In this document: positions 59,601 through 64,000 of the stretch, in pieces | How the letters are laid out: each line of letters opens with the position of its first letter | Numbering within the stretch: the stretch's first letter is position 1 | Source: Tubiluchus corallicola | Lineage: Eukaryota > Animalia > Priapulida | Assembly (NCBI GenBank): GCA_030141605.1 | Contig: JAQGDQ010000039.1 | Coordinates: forward strand, 372,001-436,000 | Length of the DNA stretch: 64,000 nt | Direction: 5' to 3' | Program-made: the position numbers and the translations under genes | The notes under the pieces: model-generated | Seen by the model: only the letters and a program-made list of their open reading frames with translations | Databases searched by the model: none | Told to the model about the DNA's origin: nothing

Positions 59601-62600
59601 TGACCATTTTCTAGGAATGCAAGAACAAAACCTGTAGCTCCTATGTCGTTAAGATACATTTACTGAAGTAGGAGTAGATTCTATAACACTCTTTCTTTAA
59701 TAATTGCTAAATATCAAAGTTATGCAACATTACGTACATAACCTCAATCTGTCAAGTAAGCAGGCAGGAATTCTATCATACCATACATCCTCATGCTGGT
59801 GTAGTCATATGATATCATAAATTTGCCCATGCATAAATTATTAATATTAATGAAAAATGTGTCTGATTACACTTTACAAGCTACACTGACTGCTCCCTGA
59901 AGTCCCAAACTGTGTACAAGGTAAATAAATTAAAACCCTGAGAAATTAGTCCTTCATGGGCATTCGAACCAGTTTTTTGCACTCTACACAACTTTACTAA
60001 CCATTTCACAGAAGCGGCCTTTTAATTTTGTGGACTTGGGCGTGATTTATATCTGTTGCCTTTCCGTTACCATCTCTCTTTTCCTTCCCCTTTTCTTATC
60101 CGACCCTTTTGGGTTTTTTTTCTTGCGAGGTGGCCTTGGCGAAATGCGGCCGTATCGCCATGCCAAGGTCTCCTCAGTTCTCTTTGTTATTAAATAATAT
60201 TAGTTACTTTAGTCTATTTCTTTACTCATTTTCCCGGATTATTCATGTTCACTTGTAATAAATAAAATAAACTTGAATCTGTTAAAGGTGACTGAAGATT
60301 TATCAATGTAGAATCCGAAATTTATATTGAAGCGTAGTTAATTCTGACTGCATGCAAGCTAATAAGTTATGTACAAATGCTTTAGAAATTTATTTTGCTT
60401 TTCTGTAGTTCCTACATAGTAATGTGCTAGAATTATTATAATGATTACGGATATTGAACAATTTTTGTCAACAATTAAAGCTGCTTTTCCAAAATTTTAG
60501 CGATTAATTACATCCCTTCAATATGAATTCGAAAAATATTGCAAAAATTGCAAACTTATATGGTAAAAAGATAAGTTCTGGCAAAAAGCTAAGCATAAAA
60601 GTCTTACAATTGTTGCAGAAGGTTTAACATTCATTTAATGTTTTGTTTTACATACAAGGATCTGTTCTCTGTGATTAGATTGCCGCAGAATCTACATGAT
60701 GACCCAGATTTTTTTACCATGCTAAATAAGGGGGCAGATGTCTGGTATTGATTGTAGTCACAGCTTCATGTGTATGCATAGGCCAAGAGCTACAGCTTGT
60801 TGTCCTGTGAGTCATGAAGCCAATTTGTTCCCATTGCATAATGTACAACCATAAGAAATTATCTCTATGCATCTCTGATTGAATAGGAAGATGTTAGGAT
60901 TATTATTCCTTCTTGACACTGAACTGTAGAGTAAGCGAATTGATCAATTAGAAGTCGACTGTTGTGCATTAGTTAGTGCCCTGGGGTCTAGGTCTAGGTT
61001 TATGACCACTGTGCCTGCAAGCCTACACATATATTTGTTGCCTTACAATGAGTAGTTCAAATAAGGTTATTACGCTGACTTTTACTCTATGTTAAATTGT
61101 TGCAATAAATGACACAGATTTCATTAGAGCTGTAGAACGATTTTGTTTGTCAACTTCATTTTTCTTAATGGTTGCTCGTTCGCTTTGTTTGTCATGTCGG
61201 CATTTTGTTCTCTTTTGAACAAATTAAAGTGAACTGGTTTTTAACATTCCTTTACTTTTGGAATGTTTCTGTTTTTGATCTCTTCTCAAGTAGAATTTCT
61301 TTCCTGTTAAACCTGTAACTTGCTCTGCAAAATTTTCTATTTTTCTTGGAAGTGATAATGACGGAATGAGTCATAATTAGTGTATTTCACCAAATGAACC
61401 GGAAGAAAGGAAAAGTAAAACAGGGCTTAACCTACATTTGAAACAAGGCCTATAGATTACAAAACACTAGACCACATAGTTCCTTGTATGTAGCTTGGAA
61501 ATATTGGAATGACCATTTGACCAGTGAGCTAATCGAATTGAATTAACAGCTTTTATGATCAGGGCTGCATTGTCTACTGGCTTTGGCATTGAACTTCTAA
61601 CATAGATTTTTTTGCATTTCTCTGTTTTTCCTCCAGTTTGATTTTGAAAAGAAATTATCATTTGCTAATTCCACGCCTTCATCTGCTGATTTTCTTATTT
61701 GAGAGATTTCTATAGAGTACTATGGTGTTAGGTTCAATGCTGATTGCTGCAAGCTAAAATAAATGTGTATTTACAAGAGTAATTGCAAGAATATGGCTGT
61801 GTTGTTTGACCTTGTTCGGGTCAGGCAGTTGACGTTAATAACATCAATTTATAAAGTGTAATATTGTAACACAGCCACGCACTAATTCTTCGAAAACAAA
61901 ATGAAAAGCAGTTCGTGAAAACTATGCTTATGGTTTTAAGACCCTGAAGTCGGTTAAGGTAATTTTACTGCTATATTAATTTTTGAAGATATTTTAACTT
62001 TTTCAAATAGGATTTTGGATCATTTGATAGTTTTATTCTTATCTTAAACCTTACAATTCGTGAGAGCAGTTGATTAAACACATGTCATCATACATTGCAA
62101 AATGTAAGTTACAACGATGCACCCTCATTTTACTGTCTGACGTCAGAAAATATGAAATTGAAAAGTACTTGTTCAAGATTTTCCCTGCGACCTTTTGACT
62201 ACCTACCCAAAGAGATGTAATGCTTGAATATCCTGTTAAACATTAAAACTTGGTTCTATACTGTTTATTAGATAATTAATGCTAACTGTTTATGATCAGG
62301 ATCATTCTGTGCCAGTGTAAACTTGTAAAATTTGTAAACTCATCCGTTTTGATGCGACATATTTTGTTTAGAAAATGTTTCACTGTTGCAGAATATTGCA
62401 GCTTTTGCCAACTATGAGTGGAAATCCTTAATCCTTGCATACTTTTAAGAAAGATTGACTCATTTTGCCACCTCAAATTGTATTAGAACTACTACAAGTA
62501 TACTTATATGTATGAGCACATTTGTCTTGGCCAATTGCTCAATACTGTTTGGTGTGAAAACCATTCTTAACCATACGTGTTAACAGGAATGGACAGCATG

Positions 62601-64000
62601 ACATTAGGTGGAAAATTTTACTTTACTTTTTAAAAAATTTTTTTCATTGCTGTCATCGTGAGACATCACATGGTAGCAATGCTGAAAAACCTTTAAGAAT
62701 AAAGTAAAATTTTCAATCTGTTGGTGATGTGAAACTTCATCAAGTTTGATCTGAATCTTCGATCAAGCTTTCAAAACCATTGAATTTTAAATAAGTTCGT
62801 TTTTTCCATAAACAACTCCTTACGGTGTTTTTGGCATGTAAAAAGGTAAAGAGTGGTTCACACATTGCTTTGTTTCTGCAGGTGTAAAGCATCAGAACAT
62901 AATCTGTGACAATTGCAAAAAGCATGGAATCCAGGGCATGAGATGGAAATGTAGCACATGTTTCGACTATGATCTGTGTACATTGTGTTACATGCTAGAC
63001 AAACATGATCTAACTCATACGTTTAATCGTTTCGAGACCTCCTCGTCAGCTGGGTGAGTTTGCTTAACATGTTTCATAAAATGACTTATTGTTTTGTTTT
63101 GCTTTGGAAAATGTATTATTGGTCCTTTTTTGTATCGTTAAACAATTTTAGCCCTAATGTTGTTTTCACTAATTTGTCTTACGTGAATTGATGATCTGTG
63201 TGTGAAAATACTTACATTCTAGCTGGTAATTTGCTTATATTATCATGTAAGTATTATTTATATAGTAGATGTGTTGCTAGGTATTTCATATGTTATATAT
63301 AACTGAATGTCGTTTTCTTATGCACTTTGATGTGCTGCAAGCCCAAATCAGATTCAATGGCAGGACCCTCTTAATGCGGTGTTTGTTGCATAACCATAAC
63401 CTGGCTTATTATCAAAGATATCCCTTTAAGATGAGGCACTGAACCAGCTGAGGTGTCGCTTACAACCTGTGCCATGCTCATGTGCATACATCCTCCCTTT
63501 ATGAGGTAATAAACCAAGGTTTAAAGGTGATGATGCCTACAATGAATATTGAGCCTGCGGCAGCCCCAACCACTCAGATAAAACTTCTGTCCGTATCCGC
63601 TCAGCGATGAACTGCCTAAACGTTTACTATAACATGGGTGATAACTCTTACAGGTATATGTAATTGCTATACTTTTTCAGTGTACTGCATGGAGGTTTTC
63701 AACCAAAAACTTTATTCTGCTGTTGAAGATGGAGCTTTAATTTTGCTCCTGTATTTCTGCTTATTATTATTATTTTTTTATTGATTGCTGTTTGCTATCA
63801 TAACATCATTGTTATGGACCTGGAAATTGTTGAAGTTATTGAAATAATCTGACATGTTATTGAAATATGTTATGTGAGTTTCGTTTGACTTTGCTTTTTT
63901 GAATTTTTAGCATTTTAATGCCAAAGAGACAGGATTCGGTAAAACTAGAAGCAAGGGGAATATTCGTTAATGCCAAAGTGATGAGAGGCCCTGATTGGGA
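56632..64000 (+). CDS. MIB2: E3 ubiquitin ligase mind bomb 2, 5' part (Mib/HERC2 domain, ZZ zinc finger, start of second Mib/HERC2); continues past the window
   Basis: Exons 56632-56854, 62882-63053, 63911->64000, phase-consistent. [56 protein letters not shown]; [36 protein letters not shown]; [14 protein letters not shown]. TNYRxGYQG indicates MIB2 rather than MIB1. Confidence 0.93.
58705..58772 (-). mobile_element. tRNA-derived SINE head
   Basis: Minus strand CAGTTCAAACGGCAGAGCG (A-box-like)...GGGTTCAAATCC (B-box); no intact cloverleaf. Confidence 0.55.
58898..59240. mobile_element. Foldback/MITE relic
   Basis: TAATAACATGCTGAATTTATTG (58946) pairs with CAATGAATTCAGCATGCTATTA (59148); outer arms AATCACAA/TTGTGATC. 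Confidence 0.55.
60050..60280 (+). mobile_element. LINE/SINE 3' end with a GC-rich stem-loop and AATAAACTTGAA tail
   Basis: GAGGTGGCCTTGGC...GCCAAGGTCTCCTC hairpin at 60127-60175; tail at about 60266-60278. Confidence 0.5.
61465..61700 (-). mobile_element. Decayed RTE LINE fragment
   Basis: [17 protein letters not shown] resembles the RTE I..RRL.W.GH motif. Confidence 0.35.

Noticed and set aside
63340-63655. Alternative MIB2 exon or C/D snoRNA (GTGATGA at about 63527)
   Set aside because: No suitably placed D box or terminal stem, and I found no frame-compatible open exon.

Overview
AT-rich, intron-containing animal (invertebrate-type) nuclear DNA. I could not determine the taxon. Four spliced protein-coding genes can be rebuilt by hand with consistent GT-AG phases: (1) a secreted GH16 beta-1,3-glucanase/GNBP-LGBP family gene (+, 3220-10885, 10 coding exons, about 379 aa); (2) MRPL51 (+, 20179-22360, 3 exons, 183 aa); (3) melted/VEPH1 (-, 42710-26273, 16 exons, about 796 aa), convergent with MRPL51; (4) the 5' end of mind bomb 2 (+, from 56632, running off the window). 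The rest is introns and intergenic DNA full of decayed CR1/L2-type and RTE-type LINEs, Penelope-like relics, tRNA-derived SINEs, hAT/pogo-type MITEs, Helitron-like ends, mini- and microsatellites. I found no convincing wholly new multi-gene system. Best leads: the GH16 keeps its catalytic EIDIVE but changes two normally conserved cleft residues, and may have an in-frame upstream Cys-rich start. A uORF ends in a TGATG overlap with the MIB2 start codon. There are two Penelope-type minimal hammerhead motifs, long hairpins in the predicted 3' UTRs of both convergent genes, a three-hairpin intronic element, a candidate 14-nt microexon in melted, and a nested insertion whose empty site is also present in the window. 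All homology calls come from recalled motifs, not database searches.
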